Shown piece by piece: positions 14,128 through 27,850 of a DNA stretch of 64,000 nt (position 1 is its first letter; each line of letters starts with the position of its first letter). The stretch lies in assembly GCA_964016885.1 (NCBI GenBank), contig OZ024756.1:7378001-7442000 (forward strand), written 5' to 3'. Under the pieces are notes generated by a model. The model was given only the letters and a program-made list of their open reading frames with translations, was not told the DNA's origin and ran no database searches. The position numbers and the translations under genes were made by a program. This DNA comes from Eledone cirrhosa (Eukaryota).

Positions 14128-15077
14128 AGTATATGACTATAAGATTCTATAGGTAGTTATGGTACAGTATAAAAGATAGTATATGACTAAGATTCTATAG
14201 GTAGTTATGGTACAGTATAAAAGATAGTATATGACTATAGGATTCTATAGGTAGTTATGGTACAGTATAAAAGATATTATAAGACTATAAGATTATATAG
14301 GTAGTTATGGTACAGTATAAAAGATATTATAAGACTATAGGATTCTATAGGTAGTTATGGTACAGTATAAAAGATATTATAAGACTATAAGATTCTATAG
14401 GTAGTTATGGTACAGTATAAAAGATAGTATATGACTATAGGATTCTATAGGTAGTTATGGTACAGTATAAAAGATATTATAAGACTATAGGATTCTATAG
14501 GTAGTTATGGTACAGTATAAAAGATATTATAAGACTATAAGATTCTATAGGTAGTTATGGTACAGTATAAAAGATAGTATATGACTATAGGATTCTATAG
14601 GTAGTTATGGTACAGTATAAAAGATATAAGACTATAGGATTCTATAGGTAGTTATGGTACAGTATAAAAGATATTATAAGACTATAAGATTCTATAGGTA
14701 GTTATGGTACAGTATAAAAGATAGTATATGACTATAGGATTCTATAGGTAGTTATGGTACAGTATAAAAGATATTATAAGACTATAGGATTCTATAGGTA
14801 GTTATGGTACAGTATAAAAGATATTATAAGACTATAGGATTCTATAGGTAGTTATGGTACAGTATAAAAGATATTATAAGACTATAAGATTCTATAGGTA
14901 GTTATGGTACAGTATAAAAGATAGTATATGACTATAAGTTTCTATAGGTAGTTAGGGTACAGTATAAAAGATAGTATATGACTATAAGTTTCTATAGGTA
15001 GTTAGGGTACAGTATAAAAGATAGTATATGACTATAAGTTTCTATAGGTAGTTATGGTACAGTATAAAAGATATTAC
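14128..15077. repeat. 50-bp minisatellite, about 19 copies
   Basis: Unit AGTATATGACTATAGGATTCTATAGGTAGTTATGGTACAGTATAAAAGAT; period 50 (14401, 14451). Confidence 0.95.
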
Positions 15078-15709
15078 TGTGTAAACGACTGTGAGACGAG
15101 GACAGTTAAATACTATTTCGTTAGCTTGCAGTGGTGCACTGAAATTGAGAAGATCATAAACCGTAAAAAAATATTTCAAAGAAGGATTTTACGAGGATCG
15201 GCTGAAGAGTTCAAAAGCTGACTAAGACACTGATGGAATGACCAAATGAGTTGAAATTTATGCATGCATGATTTCATAGCTCTAACATCGCCCCTTCGTA
15301 GTGAGTCTATGAACTTTTCAGCCCACCCTCGTATGTTATATTCTGATAACAGAACTTATGAGAGTGTTTTTTAATGAAATGGCTGGGGAAGTTGCAAACC
15401 CAGAAACTATTTCAATTGCTAATGAGCGGAAAATTAAGTAGTTTGGTAATGAAATACAATACCTTAAAACCCTAGGGCGTAGCGAATATGGTTGGACAAG
15501 CTTATATTCGTAGAGTAATAGGAAGACTAGGGATAGGTTGATTGGAGGTCAGTAATGAAAGGACAGGGAGGATGAAAGTGGAAAATCTGAGGTTGATTAC
15601 CGGAAAGAAGGAGGAGGACGTCTTTGTATGTCGTTACACATTTCCTAAAGTAAAGATTTTGGTTGAGTGACAAACAAAAAGAAAACACCCCCAAAATTAA
15701 TTCCTAATT

Positions 15710-16078
15710 TTGACATCAAGCCAGTAAGAGAGAGAGAGGAACAGTCGATTATATCGACCCCAGAACGTAACTGGTACTTTAGTTTATCAACTACTGAAAA
15801 GATGAAAGACGAAGTTGACCTGGCGTCATTTGAACTCGTGACGTAAATTACTGAAAAAAAATATAAATATATGGGATGTATCTTAAAGTAAATATGTAAT
15901 GTGGATTTTTGAGTTCAAATCCCGCCATGCTTTCCAGCATAGTTACGTCCCTTTACGATCTGAGTTCAAATCCCGCCGAGGTTGACTTTGCCTTTCATCC
16001 TTACGGGGTCGAGAAAATAAAGTACCAGTAATGCACTGGGTAATTGCTGGCCTTGTGCCAAAAGTGGAAATAATTATT
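15710..16078. mobile_element. Two SINE family A copies (diverged minus copy ~15710-15845; 5'-truncated plus copy ~15910-16078)
   Basis: Core GCCTTTCATCCTTACGGGGTCGA...AAGTACCAG and its reverse complement. Confidence 0.7.
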
Positions 16079-16095
16079 ACACACACATCATATAT

Positions 16096-18241
16096 CAGGG
16101 GTGTGCAACATATTCCATTGGCGGGCCACTTTTTGAACATTGGAACAACTATTAGGGCCATTAATATTTATTAAGCACTATTCCAACTTCTTCCCATAAC
16201 ATGGAACTGGGAAATTATAACACACATAACCCTATCAGAACAACTATTAGGGCCATTAATATTTATTAAGCACTATTCCAAAGATTCACCACAACTTCTT
16301 TCCATAACATGGAGCTGGGAAATTATAACACACATAACCCTATCAGAACAACTATTAGGGCCATTAATATTTATTAAGCACTATTCCAAAGATGCACCAC
16401 AACTTCTTCCCATAACATGGAAGGGGAAATTATAACACACGTGACCCTATCAGAACAACTATTAGGGCCATTAATATTTATTAAGCACTATTCCAAAGAT
16501 TCACCACAACTTCTTCCCATAACATGGAAGGGGAAATTATAACACACGTGACCCTATCAGAACAACTATTAGGGCCATTAATATTTATTAAGCACTATTC
16601 CAAAGATTCACCACAACTTCTTCCCATAACATGGAAGGGGAAATCATAACACACGTGACCCTATCAGAACAACTATTAGGGCCATTAATATTTATTAAGC
16701 ACTATTCCAAAGATTCACCACAACTTCTTTCCATAACATGGAACTGGGAAATTATAACACACATAACCCTATCAGAACAACTATTAGGGCCATTAATATT
16801 TATTAAACACTATTCCAAAGATTCACCACAACTTCTTCCCATAACATGGAAGGGGAAATTATAACACACATGACCCTATCAGAACAACTATTAGGGCCAT
16901 TAATATTTATTAAGCACTATTCCAAAGATTCACCACAACTTCTTTCCATAACATGGAACTGGGAAATTATAACACACATAACCCTATCAGAACAACTATT
17001 AGGGCCATTAATATTTATTAAACACTATTCCAAAAATTCACCACAACTTCTTCCCATAACATGGAAGGGGAAATTATAACACACATGACCCTATCAGAAC
17101 AACTATTAGGGCCATTAATATTTATTAAGCACTATTCCAAAGATTCACCACAACTTCTTTCCATAACATGGAACTGGGAAATTATAACACACATAACCCT
17201 ATCAGAACAACTATTAGGGCCATTAATATTTATTAAACACTATTCCAAAAATTCACCACAACTTCTTCCCATAACATGGAAGGGGAAATTATAACACACA
17301 TGACCCTATCAGAACAACTATTAGGGCCATTAATATTTATTAAGCACTATTCCAAAGATTCACCACAACTTCTTCCCATAACATGGAAGGGGAAATTATA
17401 ACACACATAACCCTATCAGAACAACTATTAGGGCCATTAATATTTATTAAGCACTATTCCAAAGATTCACCACAACTTCTTCCCATAACATGGAACTGGG
17501 AAATTATAACACACATAACCCTATCAGAACAACTATTAGGGCCATTAATATTTATTAAGCACTATTCCAAAGATTCACCACAACTTCTTTCCATAACATG
17601 CTTCTTTCCATAACATGGAAGGGGAAATTATAACACACATGACCCTATCAGAACAACTATTAGAGCTATTAATATTTATTAAACACTATTCCAAAAATTC
17701 ACCACAACTTCTTTCCATAACATGGAAGGGGAAATTATAACACACATGACCCTATCAGAACAACTATTAGGGCCATTAATATTTATTAAGCACTATTCCA
17801 AAGATTCACCACAACTTCTTTCCATAACATGGAAGGGGAAATTATAACACACATGACCCTATCAGAACAACTATTAGAGCTATTAATATTTATTAAACAC
17901 TATTCCAAAGATTCACCACAACTTCTTCCCATAACAAGGAACTGGGAAATTATAACACACATGGCCCTATCAGAACAACTATTAAGGCCATTAATATTTA
18001 TTAAGCACTATTCCAAATATTCACTACAACTTCTTTCCATAACATGGAACTGGGAAATTATAACACACATGACCCTATCAGTGAAACCCTTTAGTATAGG
18101 TCAACTAACAGAAGTATTACGGTTACGAAAAAAATTCTAAATAAGAATACAAGGTAAAAATTGAAAACGGTCATCGCGGGCCACTCTGACTGGTCCTGCG
18201 GGTTGGATTGTGGCCCGCGTTCTGCCTGTTGCACGCCCCTG
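16096..18241. mobile_element. Non-autonomous hAT (Charlie-like) element carrying an internal tandem array
   Basis: TIR CAGGGGTGTGCAAC / GTTGCACGCCCCTG, subterminal GCGGGCC motifs, imperfect 8-bp TSD TCATATAT / TCATAGAA. Confidence 0.8.
16143..18081. repeat. 107/108-bp tandem repeat, about 18 copies
   Basis: Unit GAACAACTATTAGGGCCATTAATATTTATTAAGCACTATTCCAAAGATTCACC...; two variants alternate, giving a 215-bp period (16631, 16846, 17061). Confidence 0.95.
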
Positions 18242-18249
18242 TCATAGAA

Positions 18250-18396
18250 CATCAAACGCCATGCTCATGGAGTTGTGGCCCTTTACATTCTTAATTCAAA
18301 TCCCGTCGAGGTTAACTTTGTCTTTCATCCTTACAGGGTCCATAAAATAAAGTACCAGTAATTGCTGACTTTGTGCCAATTGTAGAAACAATTATT
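18250..18396 (+). mobile_element. SINE family A, diverged
   Basis: TTCAAATCCCGTCGAGGTTAACTTTGTCTTTCATCCTTACAGGGTC core and GTAGAAACAATTATTA tail. Confidence 0.7.
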
Positions 18397-18679
18397 ACCC
18401 ACGCATGTATATATGTGGTTTGAGACGAGAAATGGTAGATGGTAAAAGACGATCATATCACCGTTAAATTTTCTCGACCTCTCCTGTTGATGAAAACTAT
18501 AAAACAATTATTTTGTGTGCGTGTGTGTACTATGTCGGTATTCATGTTTAAAACCAATGAGGAGGCGGGGGATTAAAAGGTCGATCAATTTCATTCAAAA
18601 AATTTTAATTGGATTCTGTCGTATATAATATCTGCAACAACAACAACAAAAAAGAAAAAATTAAATACCGAAAATACAG

Positions 18680-18905
18680 AAAAGTGTAGGGAGTGACAAA
18701 CCCTACATCCATGAACTGCACCCTACGGGAAAATGTAGGCATGGTTGTGGAGAAGAGCTACTCCACATATCAGACCTTCTTCTAATGGGTTGAACTCCTC
18801 CCAATTTTGCAGAGGAAAACAGCAGTTGAGGGGGCTATTCGCAAACACCAAGAAAGTCAGTGAGAAAAATATAAGTTGGTATCGTCAGCAAATGTAAGAT
18901 TCAAA
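18680..18905 (-). mobile_element. Small LINE remnant (CR1/L2-group-like)
   Basis: Reverse strand encodes LTFADDTNLYFSH (RT YADD-type motif) followed by a candidate 3' tail; heavily deleted. Confidence 0.4.
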
Positions 18906-19218
18906 TGGAAGGCAAGACAAAACATAACTATTCCGTGGATCAGATACTTGTAGCGGGGGAACTCGGGCTTTCAGTGGTAAAATGAGAAAAATTCCACCTG
19001 AATACCGACCACACTAATGGGCCCAAACTAACCGAATTTCTGCACGGATATTGTGAACGATAAAAAGAAGAGGTGAACAAGCAGACGATAATGTTTTCGT
19101 CTGTTCTGTTCGTTACGTATTCACAGGTATTTGACTAGTCTAGGTTTCTTGTCAAATGTTTGTTCGCCTGGACTTAGCTTCTAATTGAATTATATATATA
19201 TATATATATATATATACA

Positions 19219-19253
<35 letters not shown>

Positions 19254-20205
19254 GGATAGGATAAAGATCCCACAACCCCCGTGGGGTCGTAGAGGCACCG
19301 TCATACGGCGCGGTTAGGGCACTTTTAAACCTGGCGGAACCCAACCCTCACCAGGTCTGAACACAGTCGAAGTGAGATAGATGCATAGAGGACGAATCGA
19401 CCCCGACGTCTTAACAAAAATAGGGTTGAATAATGCAATGACTGACCTTTTAGTTATTAAGAAAGTTTCTGTATTCATATGCCTAGTAAGTTGATGATTG
19501 TTTAAATATTTTTGTTTACTTTTAGCAGTTTCAGCGGTGTTTACAGCCTTTTCAAAATGATTTCTATTATAATATGTTATTTGTAAAGAAAACTCGAACG
19601 TATTAATGTTTCCACTATATATATATATATATATAATAAAAAGTCGGGACCCTGACGGCTGAGCTCTAGCTGTTGAAACGAGTTTTTATAATGTAACCAT
19701 ACTCGACTACTCCATGTATAAACTACTCTTTTGAGTAATGGTCCAACCAGTTTCAAACTGAAACCATCCTGATTACGCGCACGATTGCTATCGACCAATA
19801 TCTGGGGGAGGCTAAATATATCAGGAGCTGCCCAACCAATCAAAAGCAACTTGATTGGTGAAGTTATGGTGCCGAGAGTGATTTAGATCGATTTAATGGC
19901 AGATGCACAAAAGCCAAAGCAATTTTCCGATCATGATTTTTTTGGTTACTAATAGTTAACAGATTTTTTCAGAGGTCGAAAGCCAAATATGTTTGGTCAA
20001 CCATAATATTCTGGTTCAGAAGATGTTGAAATGTAATTATCACAACTCTATCTTTATTGAACACTTGGAATTCTTTAATTTGTTTCATTGTTGTCTTCCT
20101 GTGTGTTCCATATGGGAGTGGAGTGGATTAGTTTTCGTTGAGCAGTTTATAAAAGCCAAGAACGGAAAATTGGGCCTATGCCATTAAATCGACTTAAATT
20201 CCCGA

Positions 20206-20612
<407 letters not shown>

Positions 20613-20627
20613 TATATATATATATAC

Positions 20628-20658
<31 letters not shown>

Positions 20659-20669
20659 AAAAGATTCAG

Positions 20670-20841
20670 GGCCCCGACGGCTGAGCTCCGGCCGTTTCGA
20701 CATCTAAATCCGGATTTAGCTGTCGAAACGGCCGGAGCTCAGCCGTCGGGGTCCAGAATCTCTTCATATTACCCACTCTACTACCCCAGGTATCGAGTAC
20801 TCTGGTGGGTTATGGTTCACCTGGTATTTTACCACACCCTA

Positions 20842-20845
<4 letters not shown>
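20670..20845 (+). mobile_element. Fold-back PLE-like terminus (family P2)
   Basis: Palindrome CCCCGACGGCTGAGCTCCGGCCGTTTCGAC...GTCGAAACGGCCGGAGCTCAGCCGTCGGGG, then a tail shared with 30601-30680, 47897-48045 and 56171-56365. Confidence 0.65.
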
Positions 20846-20902
<57 letters not shown>

Positions 20903-20904
20903 CA

Positions 20905-20943
<39 letters not shown>

Positions 20944-20945
20944 CA

Positions 20946-20990
<45 letters not shown>

Positions 20991-20992
20991 CA

Positions 20993-21039
<47 letters not shown>

Positions 21040-21059
21040 CAGTATATATATACATACAG

Positions 21060-21111
<52 letters not shown>

Positions 21112-21114
21112 CAG

Positions 21115-21145
<31 letters not shown>

Positions 21146-21262
21146 TATATATATATATATATATATATACATACAGTATATATATATATATATATATACA
21201 TACAGTATATATATATATATATATATACATACAGTATATATATATATATATATATACATACA

Positions 21263-21329
<67 letters not shown>

Positions 21330-21460
21330 AAAATGTATATATATATAGGAAAATGTATATATATATATATATAGGAATATATATATATATATATATATAT
21401 AGGAATATATATGTGTATATATATATAGGAAAATGTATATATATATATATATATAGGAAA

Positions 21461-21495
<35 letters not shown>

Positions 21496-21528
21496 AAAAT
21501 GTATATATATATATATATATATATATAC
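20846..21528. repeat. (TA)n array punctuated by CATACAG, then by GGAAAATG
   Basis: Direct reading. Confidence 0.95.
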
Positions 21529-21732
21529 CAGATTGGTTACAACAATGACATGTACTTAGCTTTCGTTGGATTGTGTTCGCTAACTCATTCAGCCTGTCAT
21601 ATATATTCTTTATTAAGGATGTGATAAGTGTTGTTAACCTCGAGTTTTAACTGTGTACTGACAGGATCATCAGATAAGACCCTTCAGTACGCGGGGGAAT
21701 CCTCAGAATAACAAGCCTCATCACTTAACTAT

Positions 21733-21921
21733 AATTGTTTCTACCTTTTGGCACAAGGCCAGCAATTAATCCAGTACATTACTGGTACTTTATTTTATCG
21801 ACCCCGTAAGGATGAAAGGCAAAGTTAACATCGGCGCGATTTGGACTCAGAACATAAAGGGCCGTAACTCTATGCTGCAAAGCATGGTGTCCGACCCTCT
21901 ACCGATACTGCTAATCTACCA
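21733..21921 (-). mobile_element. SINE family A
   Basis: Reverse complement of the family A head, core and tail. Confidence 0.85.
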
Positions 21922-22147
21922 TAATACAGAATAGTTAGACTCTACTTCAGTATTGAGTACTTATTCTCACGTCCCTCCACATACATGATTTCGGATTCAT
22001 AGAAACACTTCGGACGTAAATCGTCAGATGTGTCCAAGTCTGTTTATTAACTTGTTAGTTCTTTCCTTACTTTGGTATTGTGTGGTTAGGTTTTGCCTAC
22101 CGCAATCTTCAACTTGTCAAGCTATTTAAACGTATGTTATTACTCTA

Positions 22148-22620
22148 TTGGCAGTATCGCTAGAGGGTCGGACGCCATGCTTTGCAGCATAGTTACGTCC
22201 CTTTACGGACTGAGTTCAAATCCCGCCGAGATTAACTTTGCCTTTCATCCTTACAGGGTCGATAAAATAAAGTACCAGTAATGCACTGATTAATTACTGG
22301 CCTTGTGCCTAAAGTAAAAACAGTTATTACTCTATTGGCAGTATCGCTAGAGGGTCGCACGCCATGCTTTCCAGCACAGTTACGTCCCTTTACGGACTGA
22401 GTTCAAATCCCGCCGAGGTTAACTTTGCCTTTCATCCTTACAGGGTCGATAAAATAAAGTACCAGTAATACACTGGGATAATTGCTGGCCCTGTGCCAAA
22501 AGTAGAAACAGTTATTATTCTAAGGACCTACCCTTATTGAGTGCTTTGCTACTCATTCCTATTGTAGGTCGACTTTGCTTGGCCACAACCAAAGCTTCGA
22601 TTTTACTAAGCTTCCACTTG

Positions 22621-22673
<53 letters not shown>

Positions 22674-22838
22674 TAGGTGTGTATATATATGTGTGTGTGT
22701 ATTATGAATATATATATATGTGTGTGTGTATATTATATCCCGCCGAGGTTAACTTTGCCTTTCATCCTTACGGGGTCGATAAAATAAAGTACCAGTAATG
22801 TACTGTCTAATTGCTGGCCTTGTGCCAAAAGTAGAAAC

Positions 22839-22842
<4 letters not shown>
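22148..22842 (+). mobile_element. SINE family A cluster: tandem copies 22148-22327 and 22336-22515, 3' half 22737-22842
   Basis: Repeated TTGGCAGTATCGCTAGAGGGTCG...GAGTTCAAATCCCGCCGAG...GGCCTTGTGCC. Confidence 0.85.
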
Positions 22843-22880
<38 letters not shown>

Positions 22881-22917
22881 GTATGTACAACGTGTGTATG
22901 TGTATTATGTGTATGTG

Positions 22918-22950
<33 letters not shown>

Positions 22951-22984
22951 ATATATATATACGTATGTACAAAGTGTGTATGTG

Positions 22985-23028
<44 letters not shown>

Positions 23029-23059
23029 TTTATATATAATTCAAAATGTTAACAAATGA

Positions 23060-23222
23060 AAAATATTCGTATAATCAATCAAAATATATACTTTATTATA
23101 TATATTTCAAGGGTACCAAAATTTGATACGCTTTCATCAGATAATATACAAAGTGTATTTTATAAATGCTGTCATAACGAAGAAAAAATACCTTCACGTT
23201 TAAAGTTTTCCTTGGATAGTCA

Positions 23223-23299
<77 letters not shown>

Positions 23300-23411
23300 T
23301 ATATATATACGTATGTATAAAGTGTGTGTGTATTTATATATATGAATGTGTCAGTGGTATGATTATAATGTTTGTCTGACAGTAAAGTGGAGGAGAATGT
23401 TATTATATATA

Positions 23412-23474
<63 letters not shown>

Positions 23475-23795
23475 AAAAATATGGGGAGAAATATATACAA
23501 TCTTGAAAAATCTGTCTCTATGACAACTATCCAAGGAAAACTTCAACTGATAAGTTATATTTCTTTGGCTATGTCAAAATTTATAAAACACACTTTGTAT
23601 TTTATCTGAAGAGGGCGTACCAACATTTTTAGTACCCTTGAAATATATATAATAGAATAAATATGGTTTTATAAATATAGTTTCCATTTATTTAATATCA
23701 TTGAATATTATACTCCAGAAAACTTGTCGAGTGCTCTGAATCAGTTATAAACATTTGTATTTGTTGAATTACCAACAAATTGAATATCCCTTTTG

Positions 23796-23797
<2 letters not shown>
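23060..23797. mobile_element. Diverged inverted pair of HHR-bearing PLE-like termini (family P1) separated by microsatellite
   Basis: 23085-23225 is the reverse complement of 23520-23665; HHR motifs at ~23092-23146 (-) and 23599-23658 (+). Confidence 0.7.
23599..23658 (+). ncRNA. Type I hammerhead ribozyme motif
   Basis: ATTTTAT-CTGAAGA-GGGCGTAC...GTACCCTT-GAAA-TATATATA-ATAGAAT; stem I pairs, stem II bulged, AUA triplet. Confidence 0.6.
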
Positions 23798-24558
<761 letters not shown>

Positions 24559-24899
24559 TTTACTCCGTTCTTGTCTCTAGTTTATTCTCGTTTGGCTCAA
24601 ATGTCAGCCGACATCATAGAACATCTGTGAGAGGCTCTAGGAAGAGTTACTCTTAACAAGCGTGCTTCTCTCCAACGGAAGCTGTCACTCATGGCGTGTC
24701 ACTCACCACTCATGACACCTCTGCCCTCTACCAATACCAAACTCTACCCCTCTCTATATATCATTCACTCCTTTTTCCTCTTATACTTCCTTCGTTTCTG
24801 TTCTTGTTCTTCATTTTATTTTATCTTATTTTATTTTATTTTATTTTATTTTATTTTATTTTATTTTATTTTATTTTATTTTATTTTAATTTACTTTAT

Positions 24900-26075
24900 C
24901 TGGTGGTGGTTGTAATGGTGGTGGTGGTGGTGGCGGCGGCGGTTGTAGTGGTCGTGATGGTGGTATGTAATGGTTGTGCTGGTGGTAGTGTAGTGGTGGT
25001 GGTGGTGGTGTTTGTGGTGGTTGTGTGTACTGGTGGTAGTGGTGTAGTGGTGGTAGTGTTGGTGTTGTTTGTGGTGGTAGTGTGTACTGGTCGTGGTGGT
25101 GGTGGTGGCGGCGTTTATGGTGGTAGTGTGTACTGGAGGTAGTGGTGGTGGTGGTGGTGCTGGTGGTGCTGGTGGTGGTGGTGGTGATGGTGGTGTCGTG
25201 GTGTCGTGGTGGTGATAGTGGTGGTGGTGGTGGTGGTGGTGGTGATGGTGGTGGTGGTGTCGTGGTGGTGGTGGTGGTGGTGGTGGAGGTGTTGGTGGTG
25301 ATGGTGATGGTGGTGGTGTCTTGGTGATGGTGGTGGTGGTGGTGGTGGTGGTGAGGGTGGTGGTAGTGATGGTGGTGGTGATGGTGGTGGTTTCGTGGTG
25401 GTGGTGGTGGTGATGGTGGTGGTGGTGGTGGTGGTGGTGGTGGTGATGGTGGTGGTGTCGTGGTGTTGGTGGTGGCGGTGGCGGTGGTGATGGTGGTGTC
25501 GTGGTGGTGATGGTGGTGGTGGTGGTGGTGATGTTGGTGGTGGTGGCGGTGGTGGTGTCGTGGTGGTGGTGGTGGTGGTGGAGGTGTTGGTGGTGGTGGT
25601 GGTGGTGATGGTGGTGGTGGCGGTAGTGATGGTGGTGGTGATGGTGGAGGTTTCTTGGTGGTGGTGGTGGTGGTGGTGGAGGTGTTGGTGGTAGTGTTGG
25701 TGGTGGTGGTGATGGTGGTGGTGGTGATGGTGGTGGTAGTGTCTTGGTGGTGGTGGTGGTGATGGTGGTGGTGTCGTGGTGTTGGTGGTGGCGGTGGTGA
25801 TGGTGGTGGTGGTGGTGTCGTGGTGTCGTGGTGGTGGTGGTGGTGGTGGTGGAGGTGTTGGTGGTAGTGGTGGTGGTGGTGGTGGTGTCGTGGTGTTGGT
25901 GGTGGTGGTGGTGGTGGTGGAGGTGTTGGTGGTAGTGGTGGTGGTGGTGATGGTGGTGGTGTCGTGGTGTTGGTGGTGGTGGTGTCGTGGTGTTGGAGTT
26001 GGTGGTGATGATGATGGTGGTGATGGTGGTGGTGGTGCTGGTGGTGGTGGTATGTAGTGGTGGTGGTGGTGATGT
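24900..26075. repeat. (GGT)n-derived low-complexity tract
   Basis: GGT triplets with recurrent GTGTCGTG and GAGGTGTTG interruptions. Confidence 0.95.
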
Positions 26076-26109
26076 CCCTCCCCAAGTATAACAATATATA
26101 TATATATAT

Positions 26110-26636
26110 ATTTAGTATATGTTGGTTGTTTACCAATACCTGAGTATGCAGAATGGAGCACTCGACGTCGTACGCAGGCTGGTTTGTTTACTCCGGAGTA
26201 ATGTAAAATAATTAAGTCAAATATGTAAAATTTGGCTTCGTTTATTATATATTATAAATTTACTGCTATATATATATATTTCGGTGACAGCCATCATTGG
26301 CTGTGACCTCTTTAGGCAGTCCGAATTAGTGTGGAAAGGGCAAGTGCACATGTTGTTGAAGTGTGTTTTACTTCATCAATACATCGATATGTTGTTATTC
26401 CTTCGAGGAACTGGAAACATATAATTCCTGTTCCTCGGAGGAAGACTACCAGGAGTTGGACATCTCGATGTACTGACGGAGTAAAACACACTTCAACAAC
26501 ATGTGTACCTGTCTTTTCCACATTACTTCTGACTGCTTGAAGACATCACAGCCAAAGATGGCTGTCACCGAAATATATATAGCATTAATTTTTAATGTAT
26601 AATAAACGAAGCCAAATTTTACATATTTGACTTAAT

Positions 26637-26640
<4 letters not shown>
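26110..26640. mobile_element. Fold-back element with an HHR-like motif in each arm
   Basis: Inverted repeat 26207-26640 centred near 26421. Minus arm: ACTGC-CTAAAGA-GGTCACAGCCA..TGGCTGTCACC-GAAA-(TA)n-GCAGT (26262-26320). Plus arm has TTGAAGA (26532-26586). Each core carries a different single mutation from CTGAAGA. Confidence 0.75.
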
Positions 26641-26696
<56 letters not shown>

Positions 26697-26811
26697 TCTA
26701 GATATCGCGGATATATAACTTCTATGATGACCCTTCTCTGTTAATATTTCCTCATTTCAATGAAACTATTTCTCATCACACACACGCATACACACGCATA
26801 CACACGCATAC

Positions 26812-26893
<82 letters not shown>

Positions 26894-27049
26894 AGACAAG
26901 ATATATATATATATATGAGGGTGGGGAGAGAAAGGGAGAGAGAGAGGCAGATAAGTACTATGTTTTAGCCGCTGTACTGAACTGTTAGTACAATACTATA
27001 TTAATTCTATTTCCTCTCATGCAAATATATGAAATTAGGTAACGGAAAC

Positions 27050-27850
27050 TCTTTGGAAGCCTCCGGGTGTCGGCTTCACAGCCATAGGGTCGAGAGTTTG
27101 ATTCTCAGAGTGGAGGGACCGGGAATTCCTTGTGTCCTTCAGCAAGTTATTTTATTTTCACGTTAATACAAGTCTGTTTATGCGGCGGATTGGCAGAATC
27201 GTTAGAGCGTCAGATAAAATGATTTGTGGTATTCATTCCGGGTCTCAGCTCTCTGAGTTCAAATCACAGCGAGGTCAACTTTGCCTTTCATAAAAAAAGG
27301 ACCAGTCTAGTACTGGGGTCGATTCCTTCTCTATATATCTTTCTCGTTTCCCCTCTCTCTCACTTTCTCTCTTTCTCTGGAAGATATCTGCTGTATTCTG
27401 ACCTGGAGAAGAGATGGGCTCCGTCAGGCTTAAAATGCTCAAGAAACGCCGTATGCGAATGCGGCGCCCCTACGGATTTCCCAGAAGTTACGGGCCATAC
27501 ACACATATAAGTCTATTTAACTGGAGAAAATGAGTTGTACCTGTAATTTAAGGAGTGAGGCCTGTCATACACACACACTGTGTCAGGCTCAATTTCTCCC
27601 TAATATTTGGTTAGACGGAAGCTGTTTGGAAGCCCATGGTTAGGGCGTCGGGCGAGTTCGATTCTCAGAGTGGAGGGAGCGAGGATTCGATGTGTCCTTC
27701 AGCAAGTTATTTTTTTTTCACGTTAATACAAGTCTATTTAACTGGATATAATTAGTTTTACCTGTAATTCAAGGAACCAGGCTTGTCATACACTGTTTCA
27801 CACTCAATTTCCCCGAATACTTGGTTAGACGGAAACTATTTGGAAGTCTG
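27050..27850 (+). mobile_element. Fragmented CORE-like SINE copies with an inserted family A-like SINE (~27183-27325)
   Basis: GAGTTYGATTCTCAGAGTGGAGGGA...TGTGTCCTTCAGCAAGTTATTTT..TTCACGTT at ~27095 and ~27655; GCGGATTGGCAGAATCGTTAGAGC head at 27185. Confidence 0.55.

Noticed and set aside
16631-18140. Repeated 76-103 aa ORFs
   Set aside because: Read-through of the 107/108-bp tandem repeat with frame shifts between units.
24886-26161. 416-aa and 348-aa Pro/Thr/His-rich ORFs
   Set aside because: A (GGT)n tract open in several frames, with residue type switching at indels; no domain or splice evidence.
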